From Eledone cirrhosa (lineage: Eukaryota): DNA of 64,000 nucleotides. How positions within the stretch are numbered: the stretch's first letter is position 1; each line of letters starts with the position of its first letter. Location of the stretch: assembly GCA_964016885.1 (NCBI GenBank), contig OZ024742.1:139872001-139936000 (forward strand), in the 5' to 3' direction. Below, piece by piece: positions 1-12,171 of this stretch. The notes beneath the pieces are model-generated. The model was not told the origin of the DNA, ran no database searches, and worked only from the letters and a program-made list of their open reading frames with translations. Made by a program: the position numbers and the translations under genes.

Positions 1-24
1 ATTAGTGATTTTGTATGAGATGTA

Positions 25-172
<148 letters not shown>

Positions 173-600
173 AAAGTACAACCACCACCACCACCGCTAC
201 CACTAACATAATCACTAACACAAACACTAACACTTATTCTAGTCTTCTTCAAATCTACTTTAAATTTCTATATTACTTTCTAGCCCTGTAATCTACACAC
301 ATTAATAGATATCTCTATGAAATCTCAATAAAAAATATGAAAGTTATTAAGAAAATAAATGATGTTTCCATATTGGAAACTCAAGTAAATATCAGGGTCA
401 AAGGGAGATAATTTAGAAATGTTTGACATCTAATGGTTAACAAAAATGCTAGAAACGACAGCCGAAAATTGAAATTTATATAAAAGAAAATGCTAGACGC
501 AACAGCCAATTCCCCTTCTAATCATACATCTTATTATATTTCAGAATGATGTAAAGAGAACCCAAATCTCCCTTTTGTTTATATATATATATATATATAA

Positions 601-2262
601 TGGAAAAATTTGAACAGGGACAAAACAGAGAGGCAGTACAATAAATGTTTATTAATTTCACGCTCAGGAGAGTGGGGGGGGGGTAGGGGGGGACGTTTCG
701 GGCATAAGCCCTTCCTCAGGTGAGAAGTGTGTGGGAACAGAGTTCAAAAGGTGTGTAGGGGAGTGGTGGAGAGACATATAGCGAAAGGAAACGGTGCGAA
801 TGAAAAAAAACAAATAAAGATAAAAAATAAAAATAAAGCATGATCAAAATACAAGGAATGAGAAAATTTAAAAATAAAGGCATGATCAAAATAAACTGAA
901 ATTAACAGGGGGGTAAACAGGTGGTGGAAGGGTGTGGGGTGAGTAGGGTGGTGGCGGGTGGAGTGGGGAGAGGGAGACGGGGTGTCCTCCGAGCGGGGAG
1001 GGCTGAAGGTGGTGTGTGTGTGTAGGTGTGTGTGTATGTGAAAGTAAGGGTTGGGGGAAAAACAGGGTTGCATGTTCAGGAAGGGGGGGGGTCGGAGTGT
1101 CTGTGCGTGTGTGGATAGGGGGTGGGGGGAGAGGAATCAGGAGGCTGAGGGTGTAAATATGTGGTGGGAAGCACGTGTGTGTGGGGTTTAAGCGTGTTGT
1201 GGGTGTGGGTGGCGTGTGGAGAAAAAAATTTGGGGGGGGGGGGGTGAGTTATATAGGTGATTACGCAAGAGGATGGTTGAAAAGTTGGTAAGTTCCAAGG
1301 ATGTTCAGTAGATTGTTTGTAAGTCAAATTCTGCGTGTGGGTAATCCATGAAGTGGTGGTCGGAAGAGGAGAGATGTGGGGTGCGCGCGCAACAGGAAGT
1401 GGTCAGCAGTGGGAGTGCTGTGGTCTGTTGGTGCTGGCAGGTGGCCAGAGGGCACAGCAGCAGTCAGTGGAATGGTAGGGAGCGAGGATGGGTAGGTGTG
1501 AAAGTTGGAGTGTGGAGGGTGTGTGTGTGTGTGTGTGTGTGTATTAGTAGGGGTGTTAGTGGGATGAGTGAGTGTGGAGCGTGGGTGTGGGTGGAGTGGG
1601 GAGAGAAGGTGTGTGTGGTTCTATGGAGGGAGTGTGGTGTATTGGTGTGTGTGTAGTTTGATGAAGAGGTGTTAGTGGGTGTTAGTATACGGGAGGTGGG
1701 GAGGGGTTGAATGCAGGTGTGAGTGGTGGTAGGGTGTGTAGAGTTGGTGGTGTACGAGGGTGTGTGGGTACGTGTGCGTGGGGTTGGGGGGGGGGGTTAG
1801 TTGCGTGTGGGGTGGGTGGTGTAAGTGGGTGCGTGTGTTCGTGTGCTTGGGGTTAGGGGGTGTTAGTGAGGTTAGTTGCGGGGGGTGGGATGGAGGTGTG
1901 GGGGTGAGGGTTAGTGGTGGTAGTAGGGTGTGTGTTTAGTGTGAGCGCGTGTATATATGTGCCGGTGGGTGTGTGCGTGTGATAAGGAAGGGGGAGGAGG
2001 AGAAGAGGGGAGGGAAGGGATGTTAGTTGGGGAAGGATGGTCAGATGAGGGGTGGAGTGGAGGTGTTAGTATTGTTAGTGTGGGGTGGGCGGTGAAAAGG
2101 AGGGGTGTGTTAGTGGTGTTAGTGGGGGATAAGTGTGGGGGGGGGGCGGTCGAACGCTAAAGGAATAAGGGTGGGGAGTTCAGGCCGGGGGGAGTGTGGG
2201 TCTGTAAGATGAAGATAGTTCGTTGTTCGACCGTAAGGCGATGGGCGTTAAAAGAATAGAGG
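601..2262 (-). mobile_element. 3' end of a Neptune/Poseidon-like PLE (endonuclease C-terminus plus long C/A-rich 3' region with HHR)
   Basis: Minus-strand translation near 2250-2170 gives NAHRLTVEQRTIFILQTHTPPGLNSP, matching the PLE GIY-YIG tail R..E..IF.L.T..P.GLN; HHR motif at 692-720 in the same orientation; (TA)n at the 3' boundary. Confidence 0.55.
692..720 (-). ncRNA. Minimal hammerhead ribozyme-like motif (PLE pLTR type)
   Basis: Minus strand CTGAGGA-a-GGGC-ttat-GCCC-GAAAC-GTC; stem I pairing not evident. Confidence 0.6.
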
Positions 2263-2341
2263 TGTAACACACAAGTTATTATATATTGGTAAACGGAATA
2301 GAAAATGCTGACAAATTGTTCACAGTTGAAAAATGGTTTAA

Positions 2342-3344
2342 TCTATATATATAAAACTGTGGTTGTCTGTCTGTCTATCGATTTTTGGCACACATCTCCT
2401 CTTAGAATCTCTCACGGAATTGCACCGAAATTCCTATACTTGTACATTGAGCCCTAGCGAAGACATCGGAAAAAAAAAAATTTCAAATTGACCCACCCTA
2501 TGTGACGAAATCGAATATAATGTATCGATTTTTGAGCGTAAGTTATCAGTTATTTCCCTTTGTTCTGTTTACATTGAGCGTCTTACGTAAAAAATTACGC
2601 TGGCTTTCTCAGCGTTTAAAATGACATTAACACAATACACGATTCATCAGTTCGAACACTAAGCTTCCGTTTTGCTTCCATTTAAAAGCATTTTAAAACA
2701 ATATTTTTACTTGAAAACAAGTCTATTTAAAGACTACGTAAAACAAGCAAATATTTCGTCGTTAGGCGTGCAGACAGATAGTCGTGCAGAGAGGTGATAT
2801 ACGCGTGCAGACAGATAGTCGTGCAGAGAGGTGATATAGGCGTGCAGACAGACAGTCGTGCAGAGAGGTGATATAGGCGTGCAGACAGTCAGTCGTGCAG
2901 AGAGGTGATATAGGCGTGCAGACAGACAGTCGTGCAGAGAGTTGATATAGGCGTGCAGACAGACAGTCGTGCAGAGAGGTGATATAGGCGTGCAGACAGA
3001 CAGTCGTGCAGAGAGGTGATATAGGCGTGCAGACAGACATAACTGATAATTTGGTTACGCTAATGTTTTTCTCTGCGTTGCAGTGTTTACATTTTCGATC
3101 TTTGTTAATAAATAACCAGTGCAGTTTTTATCCCCAGCATCCTCTTTTGTTATAACATTCGGGTTATCATTATGTTTTCTTAACTTCATAAGGCATATTA
3201 TTGGTTGAGGGAATATTAATCAAAAACACCACATGCAAGTCTGCACAGTAGACACTACAGTTTTTAAGCCAAAAAAGAAACTTAACATTGTAACTTTAAC
3301 ACAGCTACTGAGCGATCCCGAGCAACGCCGGGCTTTACTGCTAG
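2342..3344 (+). mobile_element. Non-autonomous Helitron
   Basis: A|TCTATATATATAAAA 5' end with (GTCT)n; subterminal hairpin CCCG-agcaacgc-CGGG; CTAG|T 3' end; inserted at an A/T junction; no ORF. Confidence 0.75.
2763..3039. repeat. 37-bp minisatellite, about 7.5 copies, inside the Helitron
   Basis: Unit TAGGCGTGCAGACAGACAGTCGTGCAGAGAGGTGATA repeated with few variants. Confidence 0.95.
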
Positions 3345-3495
3345 TTAGGAATAAAAGAGTATTAGTGATTGTATGAGTTAGTATTCAGTTGTGGTTTTAA
3401 GTTTTTAAGTTTTTACCGGTTGCGCATTTCTAAATGCTTTTCAAAAATAATTTTGAGATAGAGTGTCCGTGTTGTTTGCTCTGATCTGGGCAAGA

Positions 3496-5230
3496 TCAGA
3501 GCAAACAACACGGACATTCTATCTCAAAATCTTGAAGGTCTCGCCAGTGTTCATTTATCCGTTCCCCTACACTACGAGCTGTCTCACCTATGTACACTAT
3601 ATTTTTGTCTCTACATTGTCCTTCAGTACATCTTATGCTATACACTACATTTCTAGTTTTACAGTTAATATGGGGGCTTATTTTACAGGTTATACATTTC
3701 TTATCTATACATGAGGGTCTTTGAAAAGGGTATGTCTTGCTAATAAGTGTTTTTACGGAGGTACCTGGTCTTTCTACTATCTTAATATTGAGTTTATGTT
3801 TATCTAGGGCCCTTCTAAATTTGTAAGCTAATTCACCTCTAGGGGTTGTATCGATGAACATTACACTCTGGTATTTATTGCTATCATACCATGAGTTTAT
3901 TCTATTAGCCTTGTTCCTAGTTCTTTCTATTCTATTCCAAAATTTGCTCCTATACAAGGGGCAGGTCCCATTTATGTCATTATTTACCATTTTTTCCCAT
4001 TTGGTTCTGGCTCCTCTATACACTCTGATTTTATCTCTCTGATTGTAGCCAGAGAACTGCATACGGTGGATGAAGTGTTGTATGTGTCTCTCTAGTTCTT
4101 CGGGGTTGCACATGCGGGACACGTTTCTCATCACCCGTACCACATCCGCAATCAGTATGTTGATTTTGGTATGGTCCGAAACGGCCGAGTTTCGGTGGAT
4201 CAGATGTTTGGAAGTCATGGGTTTGGCATAATGGGAATGGAGGATTTGTTTTTTGTTATTAATGGTATCTAACCAGAGCTCTGTGTCTAGTACAGGTAAT
4301 CGATGGTTGGGGTGTTTACTTGGGTAGTCTATAGTAACTCTAATGCTCTGGTGGATGGAGTTAGCTATTTGCTGGATGATTTCCATTGTCTTTTTCTCTA
4401 GTTCCTGACTGTTCTCTAGTGGGGGTGTCTTAACTACGATGTTTATATCATCAACGTAGCGGGAGTACATTACCAGGGTTAAGGGGTCTTCTAATTGTTC
4501 TTTAAGTTTAAGTTTAAGTCTACTGTCCCACCATACCATGAATAGGTTAGCTATGTCGCCTGCAATGCTAACACCAATGGCTGCTCCTTCCTCTTGGGCA
4601 TATGTTTTTCCATTAAATTTGAACATATGTTCCTTAAGGGTTAGTTTTATGCTGGCCCCTACCGCATGTGCAATCATTTTCTTCAGTTCATCGTGGTTTT
4701 CGGGTGTCCGTTTGGCTCTGGTCCACCCGTTCCATCTATCCGTGTGGGTTTTCTTGGCCATTGAGGTAATGGTAGGTGGTCTGCCTCTTGCTGGTCTTGT
4801 AGGGCACAGGTTGCTAAGGTCATATGTGTCTAGATAATTATTACTATAGGTAAGTTTAAGTAGGAGTCCCAGCTCACTGGTATCGATCCCACGGAACTCA
4901 ACATTGCTCTCACTGATCATTTCTACGCATTTCTCCACAGCAAAATCCACGTCAATAGATGGATACAGGGACACAACATCCATACTACCTATTATACAGA
5001 TTGTTAGGTCCCTAGATCGGTTACTCTCGCCGATTCTGCTGAGGAGGTCCTCCGTGCTGTCACATACATCTGGGGACATTTCAATGATGGGGTGTATGAT
5101 CAGGGAGAGGAAGTAGGACAGTCTGTAGTTACTAGCAATGTTAGCTCCACAGACTGGCCGTGTTGGTGGTCCCGCGACAGGGTCACTGCCCGTTTAATGG
5201 TCTTTTCGAAGCCCATACAACGCCGGCACG
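3496..5230 (-). mobile_element. PLE family A (Nematis/Neptune-like): RT plus GIY-YIG endonuclease, truncated at both ends
   Basis: ORF 3496..5079 has SMDVVSLYPSI, GAAIG, YSRYVDD, LPVLD, then CxxC..NVVYSIRC..YIGETARS..ERINEH; upstream PALYGLRKDH*..PPTRPVCG extends homology to ~5230 across a stop; EN breaks off after WRDLQD. Confidence 0.9.
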
Positions 5231-5858
5231 TTGTTGCTTTTTACTACATTAAGCGTTCCAGTCAACAAGTTGAGGTCATGCTAGGGCACTACCATTATAT
5301 TAATGTCTTCTGAACTAGCTGTTTAATTTTGTGGACAGCTGGCAGTTCTTCTCTGTGGATGAGTTATTTTGTGCAATAAACAATAGACTTAACCCCAAAG
5401 GGCTACAGTTGGAAGAAAACCAACAGGTCACAAAAATCCTGGCTGGTTTAACCACAAAACAATATCCAAAGTTCAACAAAAGATGTTGTGTAACAATGTA
5501 AAAAAGAACAAGCACACTCTGCAATCTCCAACACATGTTGAGACTTTACTTACATAATAATATGAAATATATTTCAAAATTAAAATTCTAAACTCTTTAA
5601 AAATTGTACAATAATCATCACTGCTCATTGACAACCTTGGTATCAAACCTATCAAGTGCAAGTTGAAAATCATATCTCGAGTAACCTGGAATTAAACACA
5701 ATATAAAAATAACAGATATGGAATGGAGAATCTTGTATCAGATTCAGTTGAGTGATTTGTAGTGAAACATTGTTGGAAGATGAAGTAACGCATCCACTGT
5801 GACTCTCTATTACTAACTAATGTACAAATATGATAACTGAATATTGTTTTCAACAGCT

Positions 5859-5940
5859 GGTAGTGTGGCCAAGTGGTCTAAGATTCTGGTTGTAGGCACC
5901 AGTCTCTTTGGACATGTGGGTTCGAATCCCGCCATTGCAA
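5859..5940 (+). pseudogene. tRNA-Leu(TAG)-like pseudogene
   Basis: 82 nt aligning to eukaryotic tRNA-Leu GGTAGCGTGGCCGAGCGGTCTAAGGCGCTGG..GTGGGTTCGAATCCCACCGCTGCCA; many CpG-type transitions, U33 replaced by G; T-run downstream. Confidence 0.75.
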
Positions 5941-5964
5941 ATACTTTCTTTTTTCATATTGCCC

Positions 5965-6180
5965 TCATTATGATTTCTACTCTGGGCACAAGACCAGCAA
6001 TTTTGGGGGAGGGGAAAGTCGATTAAATTGACCCCAGTCCATTACAGATGCTTTATTTTATCGTCCCCGTAAGGATGAAAATCAATGCTAACGTCGGCTT
6101 CATTTCAACTCAGAACGTAAAGGGCCATGACTCTACACTGCAAGCATGTTTTCCGACACTCTATCGATACTGCCAATCCA
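5965..6180 (-). mobile_element. tRNA-derived SINE (CTTTCATCCTTACGGGGTCGATAAAATAAAG core family)
   Basis: Same core as copies at ~23937-24097, 41053-41170, 42910-43130, 47755-48085, 48900-49035, 61043-61160. Confidence 0.65.
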
Positions 6181-6279
6181 CAATACATAGAGTGAGTGAA
6201 AGTGGGGCGAGAAGTGGAAATGTGTGACGTCAGAACTAGTATCCTCCACCTCCAACTAACTTATCCTCAGCCTCTGGGT

Positions 6280-6440
6280 CCCAGCCGACAGGATGGAGAA
6301 TACATTGCCCCGGAGGATGGCGAGGAATACGTGATGGAACAGCCACGGGGCTCGCATGATTGCGCGGCCAACTATGCTCCGATAGCAGTGAGTAGGGCGA
6401 AGAACACTGAAAGTCTCCACTGTTACAGGGTCTGCAACGA
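6280..6440 (-). mobile_element. C-terminal fragment of a CRE-like (RLE-endonuclease) non-LTR element
   Basis: Minus frame PVTVETFSVL.P...WLFHHVFLAILRGNVFSIL resembles P.AVET.G..GP...QRIS.AIQRGN of CRE-type elements; mirrored at ~19880-20045. Confidence 0.45.
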
Positions 6441-6538
6441 ATCACATTTTTATTAAGAGATGAAGTAATACCATATCTGTCATTGTCTATGACAATCTAA
6501 TATAGAAATACTATAACTAAATGCTGTAGTTATCATAT

Positions 6539-6620
6539 GATATTGTGGTCAAGTGGTCTAAAGCGTTGGTTTAAAGCACCAGTCTTTGTGGAGGTGTGGG
6601 TTTGAATCCAACTGCTGCTA
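6539..6620 (+). pseudogene. tRNA-Leu(AAG)-derived pseudogene (anticodon now reads AAA)
   Basis: 82-nt decayed tRNA-Leu sequence with CpG transitions and broken acceptor and T stems. Confidence 0.7.
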
Positions 6621-7124
6621 ACGTTTTATTTTTATTTTTAATAGATGATGTTGATGTAATTTTTAAGGACTTTGTAGAATGTGTGCATGCACTTACATGC
6701 ATAAGTAAGGTTCCTACTAAATGATAAGAACATGTTAAGTACTTTTGCCATCCAATCGATCCAGCCCCACTGGCTTGAGCTAGGATCAGAAGCCTGCAAC
6801 ATCCAAGCCCTGCTTGTCGACCCCATTGAGAGCAGCACAGCGTGGAAGGTGGTCGGCTGTGTAGCGGCTACATTTGTATAAATAACATTAGACATTGTTT
6901 AGAATTCTTACAGAATGAAAATATTAATAACAACACACACACACACACACACAAATATGTGTGTGAGTGTATTTATTTCTTCAATAGTAACTGTCGTCTG
7001 TTTTCAATCAATTTTGTTAATTTTGATAGTGGCTTATTTCATTGATCTCTTTAAAGGAAAAATAAACTCTATGTTACAGGACACACACACACACATACAC
7101 ACACATATATATATAATCTAATGT

Positions 7125-7415
7125 GCGCTTTACATGTGAATGGAGTTCCACTGAATCAGGTGGAGAAGTTCAAGTATCATGTTCACAAGTGATAGAAAGC
7201 AGGAGGCTGAATTAAGTGCAAAAATTACAGGAGCTGGTGCAGAAGAAGTGAGGCAGGTGTAAAAACCAAACTCGCTATCTTCAACAATTCGGTATTTGTG
7301 CTAACCCTTACCTATGGTTATGAATCTAGGGTAATGGCCGAAAGAATATGATTGCGAATACATATGGTCAAAATGGGTTTCCCCTGAAGGTTCTTTGGAG
7401 TAACGTTACTTGATA
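7125..7415 (+). mobile_element. Degenerate RTE-type LINE fragment
   Basis: LHVNGVPLNQVEKFKY and KTKLAIFN..VFVLTLTYGYES with frameshifts. Confidence 0.5.
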
Positions 7416-8112
7416 GAGACCTGGGTTCTCATCTTATATTTGCCCTGTACAAAGTTATTTCTCCTAAGTTACTCATACATTTATCCCTGTATGTCATCTG
7501 TCCATATATACTGAACATTTATGTAATATATTCTAGAAATATATTATTAAAATATCATTTTCCCCTTTAATCATTTCTATATGTCAGTAATCAAGATAAA
7601 CTATAGGGTTTCTCTGATGTAAATAACTAATTTATGGAAATATATATTTCTAAATGTGGAGGTGATTCCGTCTGTATCCAGTAATCCTGGTAAATTCTAC
7701 ATATCGCAACTAGTCTCTAAAAATTAAATACATTCAATACTATTGCTGTATTTATTGATGGCACTGTTGCTCTGGTCACTGGAATAAAATTGCGGCTATG
7801 CAAAACCATATCAATTTCACGGTCAAGCGGAAGTAAATCTGTAAACACACAGAACTACTCAAAAACCAAACATGGGCGCTCGCGAACAAAATAAAAAAAT
7901 TTAATAAAACACGACTTTGAAACATCAATGTATTCTCCATAACTACATTCACAATTTTATAATAAAACATTAATGATGAAAATAAACTCTATGTTACGGG
8001 ACATATATATATATATATATAGTAATAGTAATAAAATTGAACTTTGCTTAAACTTTAATCTGTTATTTTAATAAATATATATATATAAAGTTAAATAAAA
8101 GTCAAATGATTA

Positions 8113-8678
<566 letters not shown>

Positions 8679-8680
<2 letters not shown>

Positions 8681-10404
8681 TAACGAAGACGTGGGTTGTA
8701 TGAATGTAACAAGGAGACATGGTTTGTGTGTATAATATTTAATTAACAATCATGGATATAAATAGAACAGTATAGTTGACATGTCAAAGTAATAGATGAT
8801 AGAATGAAGCAAAGTTAGTAGTTACCGTTTTGATTGCCAGGCAAACACGAGACGCCTGGCGAAGGCCAGGCGCCGGAAGGGCAAATGAGAGATAGGGAGC
8901 CGAAAGCTATTCGTTTTATAGGGCTCTGCCGGAAGTTACAGAAAGGGTTCTACTTCCCGTCTAGATGTTAATCTATTGGGGTTGTGAGTCACAACAAGGG
9001 AGGTCACTGCTACATAATTTCCCGCCAGAATTTTAGAATATAAAAATCGAATGAAATATGCAGCAAGTTGGCGAGAATGTTGTAACAGGCATGACAATTA
9101 CGACAAAAGAATGTTTGCAAAAATCAATGATAGATGTCAAGGTAGCCAACCGCTCTTGGCCAGAGAACGACTGGACATCTATCTATCCATCACCCAAAGA
9201 TACAATGTAATAAAGTAAGAGAAGAGCTCAAAGTTCAAATGTACAAAATATAGTTCACAGGTGTGCAATCACATGACAGCAGGAAAGAAAGTGTGTTCCA
9301 GAGAATGAATGCAGGTGGTTTCTGTTCTGTGGTATACCGTGAAATTTCCAACCTCCGAATGGATTTTCTCACAGGAAGAGTGCTGCAAAAATAAATTCTC
9401 TGGCTTGTTCTGCTGGTTTTGGTTGTTGTTGAAGCTGTGTTGCTGTTGATGTTGTTGTCTCGCGGAGTGAGCGTATTCGGTGTTCAAATTCACAGTAAAA
9501 AAATTTTTTTTCGGAAAAAATGAGTTGCGCAAAGTGCTAGAAATAACAGGCGAAGTTGATGGTCGATGTTGAGAATGCGTTGACCTGGAAGGGTCAAGAG
9601 GCCAGCGACCAAAGAAATAAGCATTCTGAATAAATGCGCAGTTTTCAACGGCAAATTTACGTGGTAAATTTTTAAACCGGCAAATAGGAGAATATAGCTT
9701 AAGGCTGAAGAATCCTTGGCGAGAAACGTTATCTCTGGCGTGCGGCTATCTCTGTGAGTCGAGATATCTCTGTGAGTCGAGAATTTGTGCTGCCTACACG
9801 TGCCAATACAAGGTTAAGTTAGGTTGAAAAAATAATATTTCTAACGCGCGAGAAAATGATAGTGCAAGTGTGAAAGTGACAATGATGAAAAAGAAAGGCT
9901 TCACTTAGCATAATTATTGGTGTGAACTTTGGAAAAAAAAACTTGAACGATGAAGAAAAAAGGCAATGGTTCATCGAAAATAAATGTTCCTGTTGAAATG
10001 CTTTTAAAAAAATATCAAATTTCTTTTTTTTTTTTTTTTTTTTTGAAAGTGTTCGTTGTAAGAAACGAGAAACATATATATATATCGTGAAATGCGACAG
10101 TTAGTTGATGCGTGAGAGAAAAAGTTTGTCTGTGCGAAAATTTCACATGTGCGTGTGTGCGTTTCTTTGACTGAGTATTTTCATAGTTTGTCAATAAATT
10201 TGCTGTGTATTCGTAATGTTACTTTTCTTTTTTGGGGGTGACCACTTATAGCGATGAACGGCTGCGTGTTCGTATCACGTCAGGGTTACCAATATAGCGA
10301 TTATACTGGGGGTTCTGACCGGAAGTTACAGAAAGGGTTCTACTTCCCGTCTAGATGTTAATCTATTGGGGTTGTGAGTCACAACAAGGGAGGCCACTGC
10401 TACA
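8679..10404 (-). mobile_element. Non-coding LTR retroelement (3' LTR ~8679-9014, shortened 5' LTR ~10293-10404) inserted in (TA)n
   Basis: ~86-bp direct repeat 8929-9014 = 10319-10404 beginning TGTAGC on the minus strand; TGG-starting PBS next to the 5' LTR; purine-rich GGCGGGAAA before the 3' LTR; TATAAAA and ATTAAA in the long LTR; no recognisable gag/pol. Confidence 0.7.
10260..10291 (-). promoter_or_regulatory. Extended primer-binding site complementary to the tRNA-Trp 3' end
   Basis: Plus strand GGCTGCGTGTTCGTATCACGTCAGGGTTACCA vs remembered tRNA-Trp 3' end GGCTGCGTGTTCGAATCACGTCGGGGTCACCA (3 differences in 32 nt, includes CCA). Confidence 0.7.
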
Positions 10405-10420
10405 TATATATATATATATT

Positions 10421-10487
<67 letters not shown>

Positions 10488-10517
10488 ATTTATATATATA
10501 TATATATTTATTTATAT

Positions 10518-10598
<81 letters not shown>

Positions 10599-10647
10599 CC
10601 CATGCAAGCGTGGAACACGGACGTTAAACGTTGATGATGATGATATT

Positions 10648-10678
<31 letters not shown>

Positions 10679-11192
10679 ATATATTCTCTGTTTCTCTTAC
10701 TTTCTTTCGCCTCCTCTGTCATGTCAGTTAACACTTTCTCTCTACTGACCTCTTCCTCACACTTCCACTCACTCACTCACTGTTTCTCCCCTTCTCACTT
10801 CACCCCGTTCGCGACGAAAACAATTTCCTTCTTTCTTACATTGGATTCATCTCGAAAGGTCTATTTTCTACGCGCTCATATATTCACCCAGCTTACGCTG
10901 ATAGAATAACTATGTAGCTTGTACCTCTTCCTATCTACGGTTAGCTTTCCTCTTTGTTGTTACTTGTCTCACTCGCTTTACGCGTTTTAATTGTCCTAAT
11001 AACTTAATTTAGTTATTATTGCACCAACGTGAGGTATATGATTTTTAATGCAATGAAATATCTATGATCGTTGGCAAATCACTGATGAGGGACTCATTTT
11101 ATAACATGTTATCCATGTGCAACATGCAGTATTCTTCTCCCCATTTTTTCACATATATATATATATATATATTTATTAAAATAACAGATTAA

Positions 11193-11243
11193 AGTTTAAG
11201 CAAAGAATCGCTGCTTTCACCCTTAACGGGATCTTCTGAAACT
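11193..11243 (-). ncRNA. Hammerhead-like motif with non-canonical CAGAAGA core
   Basis: AGTTT-CAGAAGA-tCCC-gttaa-GGGt-GAA-AGCA-gcgattctt-TGCT-T-AAACT; stems I, II and III all pair. Confidence 0.65.
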
Positions 11244-12171
11244 AACAAAGTCAATCTGTAAACGCAGAACTGGATATTTCAAAAAACGTTGCAACCGGAG
11301 GAAGACAGGAAGACGATACTTTGGTTCGTGGTAACGTTCGCTGGCAAAGAACGGGAAAAAACGAATAATACGTCATTAATAGGAGCGGTGAAAAACAATT
11401 ACGCGCAAAGACAGAACCATGTTTATGGTATAAAAGAGGTCGTAGACTAATGTTCTCTTAAGTGGTGCATAGAGACGTTCTCTGGCAATGAACGAAAAAA
11501 CGAAGATAATAAGTCATATGTGGAGCGTGGAGAACAATAGCACGCAAAGACAAAACCACGTAAATGGTATAGCAGAAGTTGTAGACTAAAATTCTAACTA
11601 GGAGACCAAATGAATCTCCGCTACAGAGTTAAGAACAAAGTAAATAAATACAATACAGAAGTAATAGAAACAAATAAATACATACACGCAAACATATACG
11701 TACATACACAAGCATACGCAAAACCTTACCATAGGTATACAAAACCACGCACATATAAATATGTGTGTGTGTGTATGCTTGTGTACAAATAAATAAATAA
11801 TTATATAAACGTATATAAGTAAATAAATACGTATATAACAAGCGCACACACATACCTACAAATAAATACACGAATGTTCGGAGACGTAAGTCAACTAAAA
11901 CAAGAAGTACACATATACACACACCCACCATACGTACGAACCTGCATACTCACGCAGACGCAAAACTCCCGTATACACATAGCCAAACCCTAAATGCCAG
12001 AATATGTAAAAATTATACGCCATAACAGTCAAATATACGTACGAGAAGGTATACATACCTTCACAAAACATACGGGTAATATATACTTACCTATGCAAAT
12101 AAGTAAAGGAATAAACAAAACATATACTTAGCTCCCACATCAAGACGTAAAATATCCACGTATAGATCGTG

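Noticed and set aside
744-2160. His/Pro/Val/Gly-rich ORFs
   Set aside because: Low-complexity GT-rich 3' region of a PLE
2763-3039. CRISPR-like array
   Set aside because: Tandem units without unique spacers; eukaryotic context; no cas genes
5859-5940. Functional tRNA-Leu genes
   Set aside because: U33 lost and several stem mismatches in all four copies
11090-11135. CTGATGAG possible hammerhead
   Set aside because: No GAAA box or closing stem found downstream
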